Source: Syntrophales bacterium
GTDB taxonomy: Bacteria > Desulfobacterota > Syntrophia > Syntrophales > UBA2185
Assembly (NCBI GenBank): GCA_049521775.1
Contig: JBEKOL010000002.1
Coordinates: 63,942 to 127,941, forward strand
Direction of reading: 5' to 3'
Length of the DNA stretch: 64,000 nt
Below the pieces are notes generated by a model, which was given only the letters and a program-made list of their open reading frames with translations, was not told where the DNA came from and searched no databases. Of this stretch, positions 9,322 to 18,633 are shown piece by piece. Within the stretch, counting starts at the first letter, position 1; every line of letters starts with the position of its first letter. The position numbers and the translations under genes were made by a program.

Positions 9322-11232
9322 TTGTTTGTGGAGAAAGTTTATTACATTACAACGCCGATATATTATGTCAATGCCTCGCCGCATATAGGCCATGCCTATA
9401 CGACTATTGTTGCCGATGTTCTTGCAAGGTATCATCGCCTTTCTGGATACAGGGTATTTTTTCTGACCGGTACGGATGAGCATGGTGACAAGATCGTCGA
9501 AGCCGCCCGGCACGCCAGCACGACCCCTAAGGAATATGCAGACCGCATCAGCGCCCAGTTCCGGAGCCTATGGCCGCAGCTTGCCGTCACCAATGACTAT
9601 TTCATCAGGACCACCGATACAAACCACGTCGACACGGTCAGACTGATTCTCAAGAAGGTCTATGACGCCGGAGACATCTACTTCGGAAAATACGAGGGAT
9701 ACTACTGCGTAGGCTGTGAACGATTTTACACGGAGAAAGAGCTGGTGAACGGGCTCTGTCCCGATCATAAAACAGCCCCGGAGCATCGGGAAGAGAGTAA
9801 TTACTTTTTCAGGATGAGCAAGTATAAGGACTGGCTGATAGAGTATATCAAAGATCACCCTAATTTCATCAGGCCGGAGCGTTACAAGAATGAGGTCCTC
9901 GCCTTCTTGAGGGAGCCGCTCGAAGATTTATGCATATCAAGGCCGAAGAGCAGGTTGGATTGGGGAATAACTCTGCCCTTTGACGAAGACTACGTGACGT
10001 ATGTCTGGTTTGACGCCCTCATCAATTATATTACGGGACCGGGTTATCCTGACGGCGAAAAATTCAGGGTGTTCTGGCCTAATGCCCAGCATCTTATCGC
10101 GAAGGATATCCTCAAGCCGCACGGCATTTACTGGCCCACCATGCTGAAAGCCGCAGGGATTGAGCCTTACCAGCATCTCAACGTCCATGGCTACTGGATC
10201 GTCGACCAGAGCAAGATGTCTAAAAGCCTCGGCAATGTGATCAAGCCCTTGGATTTGAAAGATACATATGGCCTCGATCCCTTCCGTTACTTTCTTCTTC
10301 GGGAGATGGTTTTTGGTCTTGATTCCAGTTTTAGTGAAGAGAGCTTCGTCCAGAGGATCAACTCGGATCTGGCCAATGACCTTGGCAATCTGGTGAGTAG
10401 GACCGTGACGATGGCTATGAAATACTGCGCCGGAAAAGTGCCTGAAGCTCATGCTCAAACCGAAGAAGACAGGCTGCTTGAGGCGGCTGCAGGCAAGGCC
10501 GTTGCTGAGGTGGAGAACTGTTTCCGGGAACTTACGCTCCACAGGGCATTGATTGCAATCTGGGATTTTATCAACGTGACGAATAGATATATCGTCGAGC
10601 AGGAGCCGTGGAGGCTCAGTCAGGATGCGGCAAATAAGAGCCGGCTTGCGACTGTTATCTACAATCTCCTCGAATCGCTTCGGATCATTGCAATCCTGGT
10701 CTCTCCTTTTATGCCAGGCTCAGCCGGGAAGATTACGGATCAGTTGGGTATCACGAACGCAGCTGCGCAGGATTTTGACAGTATCCGAAGATGGGGAGGG
10801 ATCACGCACGGAAACAGCCTCAAGAGATCCGAGGCACTCTTCCCGCGGGTCAAATTTGAAAAGGAAAGGGAGAAACCGGAAGTGACAGAAAAAGAGATGC
10901 AACCCGTAAAGCCGTTGATAGATTATGCGGATTTCGAGAAGGTGGACCTGCGTGTTGCCAAGGTCCTCGGGGCGGAAGCCATTCCCAAGTCCAACAAGCT
11001 CCTGAAGCTCACGATCGATATGGGCGAAAACAGGACTGTTGTGGCGGGTATAGCAAAGGATTACAAGCCGGAAGACATCATCGGGAAGAAAATCGTCGTT
11101 GTGGCAAACTTGAAACCGACAAAGATGATGGGTATAGAATCCCAGGCTATGCTTCTCGCTGCCGATACGGAAGACGGCCTGACGCTCCTGTGTTTCGATA
11201 AAGAACCCGTCACGGGAGCAAGCATCCGATAA
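9322..11232 (+). CDS. metG: methionine--tRNA ligase with C-terminal tRNA-binding (Trbp111/EMAP-like) domain
   Basis: HIGH motif (SPHIGHAYT), KMSKS (SKMSKSLGN), a Zn knuckle CVGCERFY...CPDH, and a C-terminal VDLRVAKVLGAEAIPKSNKLLKLTIDMG. Confidence 0.95.
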   Translation: MFVEKVYYITTPIYYVNASPHIGHAYTTIVADVLARYHRLSGYRVFFLTGTDEHGDKIVEAARHASTTPKEYADRISAQFRSLWPQLAVTNDYFIRTTDTNHVDTVRLILKKVYDAGDIYFGKYEGYYCVGCERFYTEKELVNGLCPDHKTAPEHREESNYFFRMSKYKDWLIEYIKDHPNFIRPERYKNEVLAFLREPLEDLCISRPKSRLDWGITLPFDEDYVTYVWFDALINYITGPGYPDGEKFRVFWPNAQHLIAKDILKPHGIYWPTMLKAAGIEPYQHLNVHGYWIVDQSKMSKSLGNVIKPLDLKDTYGLDPFRYFLLREMVFGLDSSFSEESFVQRINSDLANDLGNLVSRTVTMAMKYCAGKVPEAHAQTEEDRLLEAAAGKAVAEVENCFRELTLHRALIAIWDFINVTNRYIVEQEPWRLSQDAANKSRLATVIYNLLESLRIIAILVSPFMPGSAGKITDQLGITNAAAQDFDSIRRWGGITHGNSLKRSEALFPRVKFEKEREKPEVTEKEMQPVKPLIDYADFEKVDLRVAKVLGAEAIPKSNKLLKLTIDMGENRTVVAGIAKDYKPEDIIGKKIVVVANLKPTKMMGIESQAMLLAADTEDGLTLLCFDKEPVTGASIR

Positions 11233-11286
11233 ACGGGTGATTCCTCATAGCCAGAATGAATCAGAGACATCCTTATCTCAACAGCA

Positions 11287-12156
11287 ATGAATGAAAAACC
11301 TCATCCGGAAGATATTGCCGGCGGTCAGGCTATTATAGAAGGCGTGATGATGCGGCATGGGAACAAGATCGCAGCCGCCGTGAGAAAGCCTGACAAGGAA
11401 ATAGCCATCCAGGAACAGTATTATATTCCGCTCACTAAGAGATATAAGTGTCTGGGGCTGCCGTTTATACGCGGATCCGTTACTCTTTTGGAAATGATGG
11501 TGATTGGCATGAAATGCCTCATGTATTCTGCCGAGCTGGCCTTGACGGAAAATGATGTGAAGCCGAAAAAATGGGAAATGAAGATTTCAGTCGTGATCGG
11601 TTTTGGCACGGCCATATTTTTTTTCGTTGTCGTTCCCGCTTACTGCTTTTCGGTATTGAAAGGCTACATATCAAACACAATTCTCTTGAATATAGTGGAG
11701 GGTTTCATCCGTCTCGGGATTTTCCTGTGTTTCCTGGGTACCACCCTTTTGATGGAAGACATGAGGCGGGTATTCATGTATCATGGGGCGGAGCATAAGA
11801 CAGTATTCGCCTGGGAAAATGGTCAGGAATTGACCGTGGAAAATATCAGGAAATTCTCTACCCGCCATCCGCGCTGTGGGACAAGTTTTGTCCTTGTCGT
11901 TATGATCACGGCAATCCTGGTATTTTCGCTCCTCGGGAGGCCCGACTTTGTGCACAGGGTTTTCTATAAACTCCTGCTGCTTCCTGTTATTGCTGGAATC
12001 TCATATGAGATTATCCGCTTTACCGGAAGAAAGAGAGACTTGAAATGGGTGCAAATCTTGAGCTGGCCGGGATTACTGTTGCAGAAGATTACCACTAAGG
12101 AGCCAACGGACGATCAAATCGAAACGGCCGTTGCCGCAATGAAAAAGGTCATTTAG
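11287..12156 (+). CDS. DUF1385-family membrane protein (YqhQ-like)
   Basis: IGGQAIIEGVMMR N-terminus, HGAEHK and HPRCGTSF motifs, and several TM helices. This pattern is characteristic of DUF1385. Confidence 0.8.
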   Translation: MNEKPHPEDIAGGQAIIEGVMMRHGNKIAAAVRKPDKEIAIQEQYYIPLTKRYKCLGLPFIRGSVTLLEMMVIGMKCLMYSAELALTENDVKPKKWEMKISVVIGFGTAIFFFVVVPAYCFSVLKGYISNTILLNIVEGFIRLGIFLCFLGTTLLMEDMRRVFMYHGAEHKTVFAWENGQELTVENIRKFSTRHPRCGTSFVLVVMITAILVFSLLGRPDFVHRVFYKLLLLPVIAGISYEIIRFTGRKRDLKWVQILSWPGLLLQKITTKEPTDDQIETAVAAMKKVI

Positions 12157-12165
12157 GAGCTGAGA

Positions 12166-12669
12166 ATGAAAGTAAAACAGTTGCCCAAAGAGAATTTTTT
12201 TATTCTTGCAATTTTAGTCCTGTCCTTCATAGCCTTATCAACTCTTACAGTCCGCCCTCTCCATGCGGGTATGTGGGATGATATGAAAGAGCGCTATATT
12301 CTTAATGCTCTTCCGGGGAAGGGGCAATTCGTGCCGTCTCCCTCCCGCGCTGATATGAAAAATCCTAACTTTCCCCTGGAGGTCGTAAACGACGGCTATA
12401 AGATGCTCCACGTCTATCAGGATTTAATGGAAAATGAGCTGGTGGAATGGGCATGGTTGGTGACTTTACGAAACAGGACGGCGCGTGACGTTACTTTTTC
12501 TCTTGAGTACAAGCTTCAGGACGACGATTCTTTTTTGCTCGCATCCAGCCGGGAACAGTTCAAGAAGATAGCTCCGGGAGAAACCCTGACATTAGAAAGA
12601 AAAGATTCCATGCCTTACGCAAGCGCCAAGCAGGTAACGGTCAGCAAGGTGGATATTCAGCTTCAGTAA
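12166..12669 (+). CDS. hypothetical secreted protein
   Basis: AGGAG RBS and an N-terminal signal-like helix (FFILAILVLSFIALSTLTVRPLHA). No family was recognised. Confidence 0.55.
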   Translation: MKVKQLPKENFFILAILVLSFIALSTLTVRPLHAGMWDDMKERYILNALPGKGQFVPSPSRADMKNPNFPLEVVNDGYKMLHVYQDLMENELVEWAWLVTLRNRTARDVTFSLEYKLQDDDSFLLASSREQFKKIAPGETLTLERKDSMPYASAKQVTVSKVDIQLQ

Positions 12670-12755
12670 TAGATATTCACGCTTGAAACGGCTTGATTTG
12701 AGCGGCGTTCGGCCCGCAGATGTCGGTCATAGAGAGTTTGACCGCAGGAGTTTTT

Positions 12756-13109
12756 ATGATTCAAGAAAGGAGAAGACGCACGCGCGTTCCCGTACAGATT
12801 GATGTTGACGTTTTACTGAAGGGCGAAGTTATAGAGCTCAAGTCCTTCAACATCAGCCTCGTCGGGATTCTCTGCACGTCCAATCCCGTCTTTCAAATGG
12901 ATGAGCCTTGTAAAGTAATTATTACTCTAAGCGAGGATTCACAGATATCCATTGATGCAAAGATTGTAAGAGTCGGAGAAAAGGAAGTTGCTATCAAATT
13001 CATCTCCATGGATGACGAAAGCTTCGTTCACCTAAAGAAGTTGGTACAGTTCAACATAGGTGATGCGGAACGTATCGATGCCGAGCTGCAGCGTCCTGCC
13101 TTCAGCTGA
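12756..13109 (+). CDS. PilZ domain protein (putative c-di-GMP receptor)
   Basis: RRRRTRV (RxxxR) and NISLVG (D/NxSxxG) motifs at the correct spacing. The ATG at 12756 follows an AGGAG RBS; the ORF-track start at 12720 is less likely. Confidence 0.8.
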   Translation: MIQERRRRTRVPVQIDVDVLLKGEVIELKSFNISLVGILCTSNPVFQMDEPCKVIITLSEDSQISIDAKIVRVGEKEVAIKFISMDDESFVHLKKLVQFNIGDAERIDAELQRPAFS

Positions 13110-13153
13110 TATGGAGCGGTGTATCTTTAAGATACTGGACAGATAGCCTTAAT

Positions 13154-13336
13154 ATGTCCGAATCTGAAGATCCAAAAATAAGAAAAGCAAATATCCGCCT
13201 GGCGGACAGGTCCCATGTGAAAGGTCATATCAATATCAAGGACCATGATAATCTTTCCGACCTGCTCAATTTCGGCGAAGACCCTTCTATCGTCTCATTT
13301 AATGCCATAATCGCGGCGGTATCGATGGAAAGGTAA
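13154..13336 (+). CDS. small hypothetical protein (60 aa), possibly disrupted
   Basis: ORF only, with no clear RBS. A coherent continuation exists in the -1 frame (see findings). Confidence 0.3.
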   Translation: MSESEDPKIRKANIRLADRSHVKGHINIKDHDNLSDLLNFGEDPSIVSFNAIIAAVSMER

Positions 13337-13468
13337 TTTTCGTCAGCAAGAGTCAGATTCTGTAGATCTACCCCGAAGACTGAATATAAACACTACCCGT
13401 GAATCTTTTTTGACCAACTCCCAGGATTCACAAAATCGATCATACTTCGGCAAGATCAGCATGCGGGT

Positions 13469-14266
13469 CTATGTCTTTTGAAAGATATACGAAGAGCATT
13501 TAAATGGTGAAAGTGTATGTGTCTGAAAGGGCAGCCTCTCGTGGCTTCCGATAATGAAAAATCCACCTTCATCAAGGCTATCCAAGACATTAAGAAAGAC
13601 GGATGAGATACTTTCCTCGCGGTAATAGGTGAACAGGCTATTTCTTAAGAATATGATCTGAAACACCTCTGCAGGAGGCTGCTCTCTCATCAGATCATGT
13701 ACCTCCCACACGATATACTTCTTTAGATGATCCGCCGTGCAGTAGTTCTCCTGGGCTTCGCATGCGTCGAAGTGGATCGATTTAATCCAGTCGGGCAATC
13801 CTTTCAGACTGCTTCTGCTATAGATCCCTGTCCTGGCTTTACTCAAGTAATCAGGATTAATGTCTGTAGGCCGGATATGAAGTTCAGGTAGAGCGGAGCG
13901 CTTTTTTTTAAGCATGTCCCACTTAATTGCAAAGCTGTAGGTTTCCTGTCCCAGTGCACAACCAGCCGACCAGACTTCAATTTTCTCATTGTGTCTGGCG
14001 ATGATATCCGGGAGGATTTCCTCTTCGAGGGTGCGCCACAGGTTTCGATCACGGAAGAATCTGCTTATGGAAATGCTCATCAGCATTTCGACATCCTTCA
14101 AAATCTCAGGGTCGATCATGGCTTGAAGATAGTCATCCATTGTCAGGAGGCCAAGCTCCTGCATGTGACGTCCAATGCGTTTCTTGACGCCCTTTCTTAC
14201 CTTGGCGTAACCCTGCCAGGAGAGACCGAGCCGGGTAAGGAGCTGCCTGAAGGAATTATCGTCCAT
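13469..14266 (-). CDS. CheR-type SAM-dependent protein-glutamate O-methyltransferase
   Basis: ISRFFRDRNLW and EVWSAGCALGQETYS motifs of the CheR family. There are no other che genes nearby, so it is an orphan CheR. Confidence 0.8.
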   Translation of the reverse strand: MDDNSFRQLLTRLGLSWQGYAKVRKGVKKRIGRHMQELGLLTMDDYLQAMIDPEILKDVEMLMSISISRFFRDRNLWRTLEEEILPDIIARHNEKIEVWSAGCALGQETYSFAIKWDMLKKKRSALPELHIRPTDINPDYLSKARTGIYSRSSLKGLPDWIKSIHFDACEAQENYCTADHLKKYIVWEVHDLMREQPPAEVFQIIFLRNSLFTYYREESISSVFLNVLDSLDEGGFFIIGSHERLPFQTHTLSPFKCSSYIFQKT

Positions 14267-14462
14267 AAACGATGCTAGTAAATAAAATAGTGATTGTTAT
14301 GCTCTTACCACGACAAATGGCGAAGCACAATGCTGCAGGAGTGTCCCTGTGCAGGCGGAGTGTCTTTGCACGAAGCCGTAAGAATATACAGGCTTGACAA
14401 GAAACATCCATTTCTCCATAATGCCGAAAATCGGAGCATCCAATCAAAACAGGAGGTGTGAC

Positions 14463-15116
14463 ATGGACAGTCCTGTCGATAAGTTCTGGCAGATCAGGCT
14501 TGCGGCAATTAAACAATCCCTAGAGGCAAATAACTTCGATGTCTTTATGGCTCAAAATGCCGCCGAAGCAAAAGATGTTGTGCTTAGAGAAATTATTCCC
14601 AACGTCGCCCCCAAGAGCATCTCCTGGGGCGGATCTATGACATTCGTCGCTACCGGGCTTTATGATGAATTCACGAACAACAAGAAGATAAAGGTGATTG
14701 ACACTTTCGACAAGACCATCTCGCGCGAGGACGGCTGGGAACGGCGTCGGCAGGCTCTCCTGGTTGACCTCTTCATTACCGGAACGAATGCCGTGACTGA
14801 ATCGGGAATGTTGGTGAACCTTGATATGCTGGGCAATCGTGTCGCGGCTATCACCTTCGGGCCGAAAAATGTGATTATTCTCGTCGGGAGAAATAAAATC
14901 GTCGCGGATCTAGAAGATGCGATGATGCGAATCAAGAATTATGTGGCACCGGCAAATGTCCTGCGGCTGGGCATGAAAACTCCCTGCGCCAAAACAGCGT
15001 ACTGCGAAGAATGCAAGAGCAGCGGGCGCCTTTGCAACAGTTGGGCGATCACAGAAAAATCCTTCCCAAAAGGCAGGGTGAAGGTCATCCTGATAAACGA
15101 AGATTTGGGATTATAA
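14463..15116 (+). CDS. LUD (lactate-utilisation, DUF162/YkgG-LutC-like) domain protein
   Basis: ITGTNAVTESGMLVNLDMLGNRVAAITFGPKNVIILVGRNKIV is typical of LUD domains. The ATG at 14463 follows AGGAGG; the ORF-track start at 14394 is less likely. Confidence 0.7.
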   Translation: MDSPVDKFWQIRLAAIKQSLEANNFDVFMAQNAAEAKDVVLREIIPNVAPKSISWGGSMTFVATGLYDEFTNNKKIKVIDTFDKTISREDGWERRRQALLVDLFITGTNAVTESGMLVNLDMLGNRVAAITFGPKNVIILVGRNKIVADLEDAMMRIKNYVAPANVLRLGMKTPCAKTAYCEECKSSGRLCNSWAITEKSFPKGRVKVILINEDLGL

Positions 15117-15134
15117 TAGTATAAGGATTGGCTA

Positions 15135-16109
15135 ATGCAAATACAGGATGTTTTCCGCACTTATGGGGATGACTTAAAACGCGTTGAAGAACAGATGGAA
15201 ACGCATCTCCGTTCCGGAGTGCACCTGATCCCCGAAATCATCCATCATCTCATCGGCAGCGGCGGAAAAAGATTCAGGCCTCTTTTGCTTTTGTCCACCT
15301 CCTCACTTTGCGGCTACAAAGGCGAGAAAAAGTATGCCCTGTCCGCAGTGATTGAATTCATCCATACAGCTACGCTGCTCCACGATGACGTAATTGATGA
15401 GGCAACGACCCGGAGGGGCAAAATTTCCGCAAACAATGTGTGGGGGAATGCGGCGAGCGTGCTTGTGGGCGATTTTCTCTACTCCAAATCTTTCAAGCTT
15501 ATGACTGAGCACGGCAATTTAGCGATCATCAAACTCCTCTCCACGACGACAAACACCATGTCGGAAGGGGAAGTTCTTCAACTTGTCAAATGCGGCGACA
15601 CCAATATAACGGAAAAAGAATACCTGACAATCATCGAGAAAAAGACGGCGACCCTTATATCCGCAGCATGCGCTGTAGGAGGAATTCTGGGAAATGCATC
15701 AGACGATCAGGTTGGGGCCCTCACCCGGTTCGGAATGCGCCTCGGATCCGCGTTTCAGATCACCGACGATACCCTCGACTATGTGGCAGAGGAAGACGTA
15801 TTCGGAAAGGCTATCGGAAAAGATCTGGAAGAGGGGAAAATAACCCTCCCTCTTATCCATGCCTTGAAGAAATGTACTTCGGAAGAGAAAAAACTGATCA
15901 AAAGGGCAGTTGAGGAAAAAGAACAGGATGAAAAGGCTATCTCGGAAATCATCTCTGTGATCCACCGTCATGACGGCATTAATTATTCTCTCAATAAGGC
16001 AAAGACATACATTGGCGAGGCAAAAGGGTATCTTGAATCATTTGAAAACTCTAAGCCAAAGACATCGCTGCTTGCCATATCCGACTACATTATTGAAAGA
16101 AATATATAG
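15135..16109 (+). CDS. long-chain polyprenyl diphosphate synthase (IspB/HepT-like)
   Basis: Asp-rich motifs LLHDDVIDEATTRRG and FQITDDTLDY. It is 324 aa. The chain-length class was not determined. Confidence 0.85.
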   Translation: MQIQDVFRTYGDDLKRVEEQMETHLRSGVHLIPEIIHHLIGSGGKRFRPLLLLSTSSLCGYKGEKKYALSAVIEFIHTATLLHDDVIDEATTRRGKISANNVWGNAASVLVGDFLYSKSFKLMTEHGNLAIIKLLSTTTNTMSEGEVLQLVKCGDTNITEKEYLTIIEKKTATLISAACAVGGILGNASDDQVGALTRFGMRLGSAFQITDDTLDYVAEEDVFGKAIGKDLEEGKITLPLIHALKKCTSEEKKLIKRAVEEKEQDEKAISEIISVIHRHDGINYSLNKAKTYIGEAKGYLESFENSKPKTSLLAISDYIIERNI

Positions 16110-16121
16110 ACCTCCCCGATT

Positions 16122-17696
16122 TCACACCACATTAGGCCCTTCGTATATGTCTCTGAAATCGTCGAGGGGGCCTTCTCTGTCGTATCTCATGGCAAGAGGA
16201 AGATAATCAAGAATATCCTGGGCCGTTATGCCATCCTCGCCTTTGTCCGCCGCCGCAAGGTCTCCGGAAAATCCATGGATAAAGACACCCTTTTTCACCG
16301 CATCCTCCAATGATAGGCCGAGGCCGAACATGGCTGCGATGGTCCCCGTCAGGACATCGCCTGAGCCCGCCGTGGCCATTCCCGGATTGCCGCTGAGATT
16401 GACAAAAACCCTTTCGTCCGGGTAACCAATCAATGTATGGGCTCCTTTCAGGACGATTATGGCATGCAGCGACATGGCCGTTAGCTGCAATATGTCTATC
16501 TTTTGCTTGTTTATTTCGCCTGCACTCTTCTTTGCTATGCGGGCCATCTCCCCAAGATGCGGGGTGAGGATGGTCTCTCCCTTTCTTTGTCTGATCATTT
16601 CCAGTTGATCTACAATGGCCGTAATTCCGTCCCCGTCGATGAGAATGGGTTTCTTTATAATACGCACGAGCTCCCTGACAAGTTGTTGTGTCTCATCGTC
16701 CAGAGAAAGGCCGGGTCCGATCACTACCATATCCATCTTTTCCGAGAGTTCGATCAGACGGTCTCGATTTTCCAGGGCGATGCTCCCCGCCCGTGTCTCC
16801 TTCTGGGGAACAAAAACAATCTCACTTCCTTTAGTCGCGATAAACGGCGTCATCGATACGGGCGCAGCGAGACGGGCATACCCTCCTCCTGCTTTGAGAA
16901 AGGATAATGCGGAAAAATAGGGCGCACCGAAATACGATGAAGCACCGGCAATAAAAAGAACCTCTCCCATGCGTCCTTTGTAGACATCCCTCTCGCGGGG
17001 TGGAAGCTTCATATAATCGTTTATCTGGACCTTGAGGGCATCGCTGTTATAGAGGGAAGGCGGAAAAGAAATGTGCGCAACGTAAAGTTTTCCGCTCAGG
17101 TCATATCCGGGATAGAACATGTTCCCGATCTTGGGGAGACCAAATGCAACTGTATAATCTGCCTTAACCGCCACGCCTAGGACCTCTCCCGTGTCTCCAT
17201 CCACGCCGGAAGGGATATCAAGGCTGAGAACCTTTTTGCCGCTCAAGTTGATCAACTGAATCACATCTTTATGAAGCCCCATCGCTTCCCGATCCAGGCC
17301 CGTACCGAAAAGGGCGTCCACAATCCCGTGACAGTGGAGGACATCGCTTCCAATCTCTTCCACAGATTCAATCCTCCGGGCTTCGATGGGAAGTTTCGAA
17401 ATTATATTCCAATTGGCTTTGGCCGCCCCTTTAAACTTATTCATGTCTCCTGCAACAAATACCTTGACCAATCCGCCGTTGCTGTGAATTTTCCGCGCTA
17501 CGACAAGGCCGTCACCGCCATTGTTGCCGATGCCGCAGAACACAACAAACTTCTTATCCCTTATGCCAATTTCCTGTGCTAAGACATATGTCGAGGCCTG
17601 CCCGGCGTTTTCCATGAGAATCTCTTCCGGTATATCGAGTTTTTCAACAGCATACCGGTCCATGAACCGCATTTCGCTGGTCTTGCTGATTTTCAT
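16122..17696 (-). CDS. nnr: bifunctional NAD(P)H-hydrate repair enzyme (epimerase + ADP-dependent dehydratase)
   Basis: YjeF_N motif FCGIGNNGGDGLVVAR plus a C-terminal carbohydrate-kinase domain with GSGDVLTGTIAAM. It is 524 aa. Confidence 0.9.
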   Translation of the reverse strand: MKISKTSEMRFMDRYAVEKLDIPEEILMENAGQASTYVLAQEIGIRDKKFVVFCGIGNNGGDGLVVARKIHSNGGLVKVFVAGDMNKFKGAAKANWNIISKLPIEARRIESVEEIGSDVLHCHGIVDALFGTGLDREAMGLHKDVIQLINLSGKKVLSLDIPSGVDGDTGEVLGVAVKADYTVAFGLPKIGNMFYPGYDLSGKLYVAHISFPPSLYNSDALKVQINDYMKLPPRERDVYKGRMGEVLFIAGASSYFGAPYFSALSFLKAGGGYARLAAPVSMTPFIATKGSEIVFVPQKETRAGSIALENRDRLIELSEKMDMVVIGPGLSLDDETQQLVRELVRIIKKPILIDGDGITAIVDQLEMIRQRKGETILTPHLGEMARIAKKSAGEINKQKIDILQLTAMSLHAIIVLKGAHTLIGYPDERVFVNLSGNPGMATAGSGDVLTGTIAAMFGLGLSLEDAVKKGVFIHGFSGDLAAADKGEDGITAQDILDYLPLAMRYDREGPLDDFRDIYEGPNVV

Positions 17697-17808
17697 TTCT
17701 CATCCCTCTTTGATCAATGACATTGACCGTTTAATGATTGCGCCATTCCTGTTGATATAGTTTATTTGTCGCTCTTTATCAAGCGAAAGCATTTCACCCC
17801 AAAAATTC

Positions 17809-17837
17809 TTGACATCATTTTTCTTTCACAGCATAAT
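17809..17837 (+). promoter_or_regulatory. sigma-70-type promoter candidate
   Basis: TTGACA (17809-17814), a 17-nt spacer, then CATAAT (17832-17837). It lies about 85 nt upstream of the 17924 ORF in an AT-rich divergent intergenic region. Confidence 0.5.
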
Positions 17838-17923
17838 TTAAAAAAAGTCATCATAAATATCATGAATATAATAATTATTTTGTGTTTCAGAACTCGCGGG
17901 ATTTCACTGTTGCGAAGTGATTA

Positions 17924-18274
17924 ATGTTTGGGCGGAAACATGAAAAACTGGCGCCGTTATCAGTTTTTGTAAGAAGGATGGCAAACTCCGTCGCTGCGGG
18001 GGGTCTCCTGATATTAACTGCTTTGTCTATTGGCGTATCAGGATACCACTGGATAGCCGGATTCAGCTGGGTTTATTCTCTGCTGGAGGCATTCATGATT
18101 CTCGGGGGGATGGGGTCTGTGAATCAGCTCACAACGACGGGAGCGAAGATATTTGCTTCAGCATATGCATTGTTCAGCGGACTTATGTTTATGGGCGTGA
18201 TGGGGATAGTTCTTACCCTGGTTGCACATCGGCTGCTGCACAAATTTCATATTGATAAGGGAATGAAGAAGTAA
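17924..18274 (+). CDS. small 2-TM membrane protein, ion-channel (Ion_trans_2)-like with non-canonical filter
   Basis: M1 helix (GGLLILTALSIGVSGYHWI), a pore-helix-like SLLEAFMILGGMGSV, and an M2 helix GAKIFASAYALFSGLMFMGVMGIVL resembling the K+-channel inner helix. Assignment is by eye only. Confidence 0.45.
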   Translation: MFGRKHEKLAPLSVFVRRMANSVAAGGLLILTALSIGVSGYHWIAGFSWVYSLLEAFMILGGMGSVNQLTTTGAKIFASAYALFSGLMFMGVMGIVLTLVAHRLLHKFHIDKGMKK

Positions 18275-18312
18275 TTCCTGTAGCGTCGCATATCATAGAA
18301 AGGGGAGATGTC

Positions 18313-18618
18313 ATGATAAGTGTTATTGCATCGGTAAGGGTTAAAGTTAACAGGGTCCCGGAGTTTATTGAAATATTTAAGTCTAATCTTCCAAAGGTCA
18401 GAAGAGAGGAAGGATGCATCGAGTACTTTCCTGCAATCGATATCGATTCGGGTGTGCCTGTGCAGAAGCTTGATAAGAATGTCGTCACTATCATTGAAAA
18501 GTGGAAAAGCGTGGAAGCCTTGAGAGCGCATCTGAAAACTCCCCACATGCTGACCTATAGAGAAAAGGTCAAGGACATAGTTGAGGAGCTTTCTATCAAG
18601 GTACTCAAGGAGGCGTGA
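18313..18618 (+). CDS. antibiotic-biosynthesis-monooxygenase (ABM) domain protein
   Basis: 101 aa, with a ferredoxin-like ABM pattern (EKWKSVEALRAHLKTPHM). GGGGAG RBS. Confidence 0.7.
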   Translation: MISVIASVRVKVNRVPEFIEIFKSNLPKVRREEGCIEYFPAIDIDSGVPVQKLDKNVVTIIEKWKSVEALRAHLKTPHMLTYREKVKDIVEELSIKVLKEA

Positions 18619-18633
18619 CAAGAGAGAATTGGC

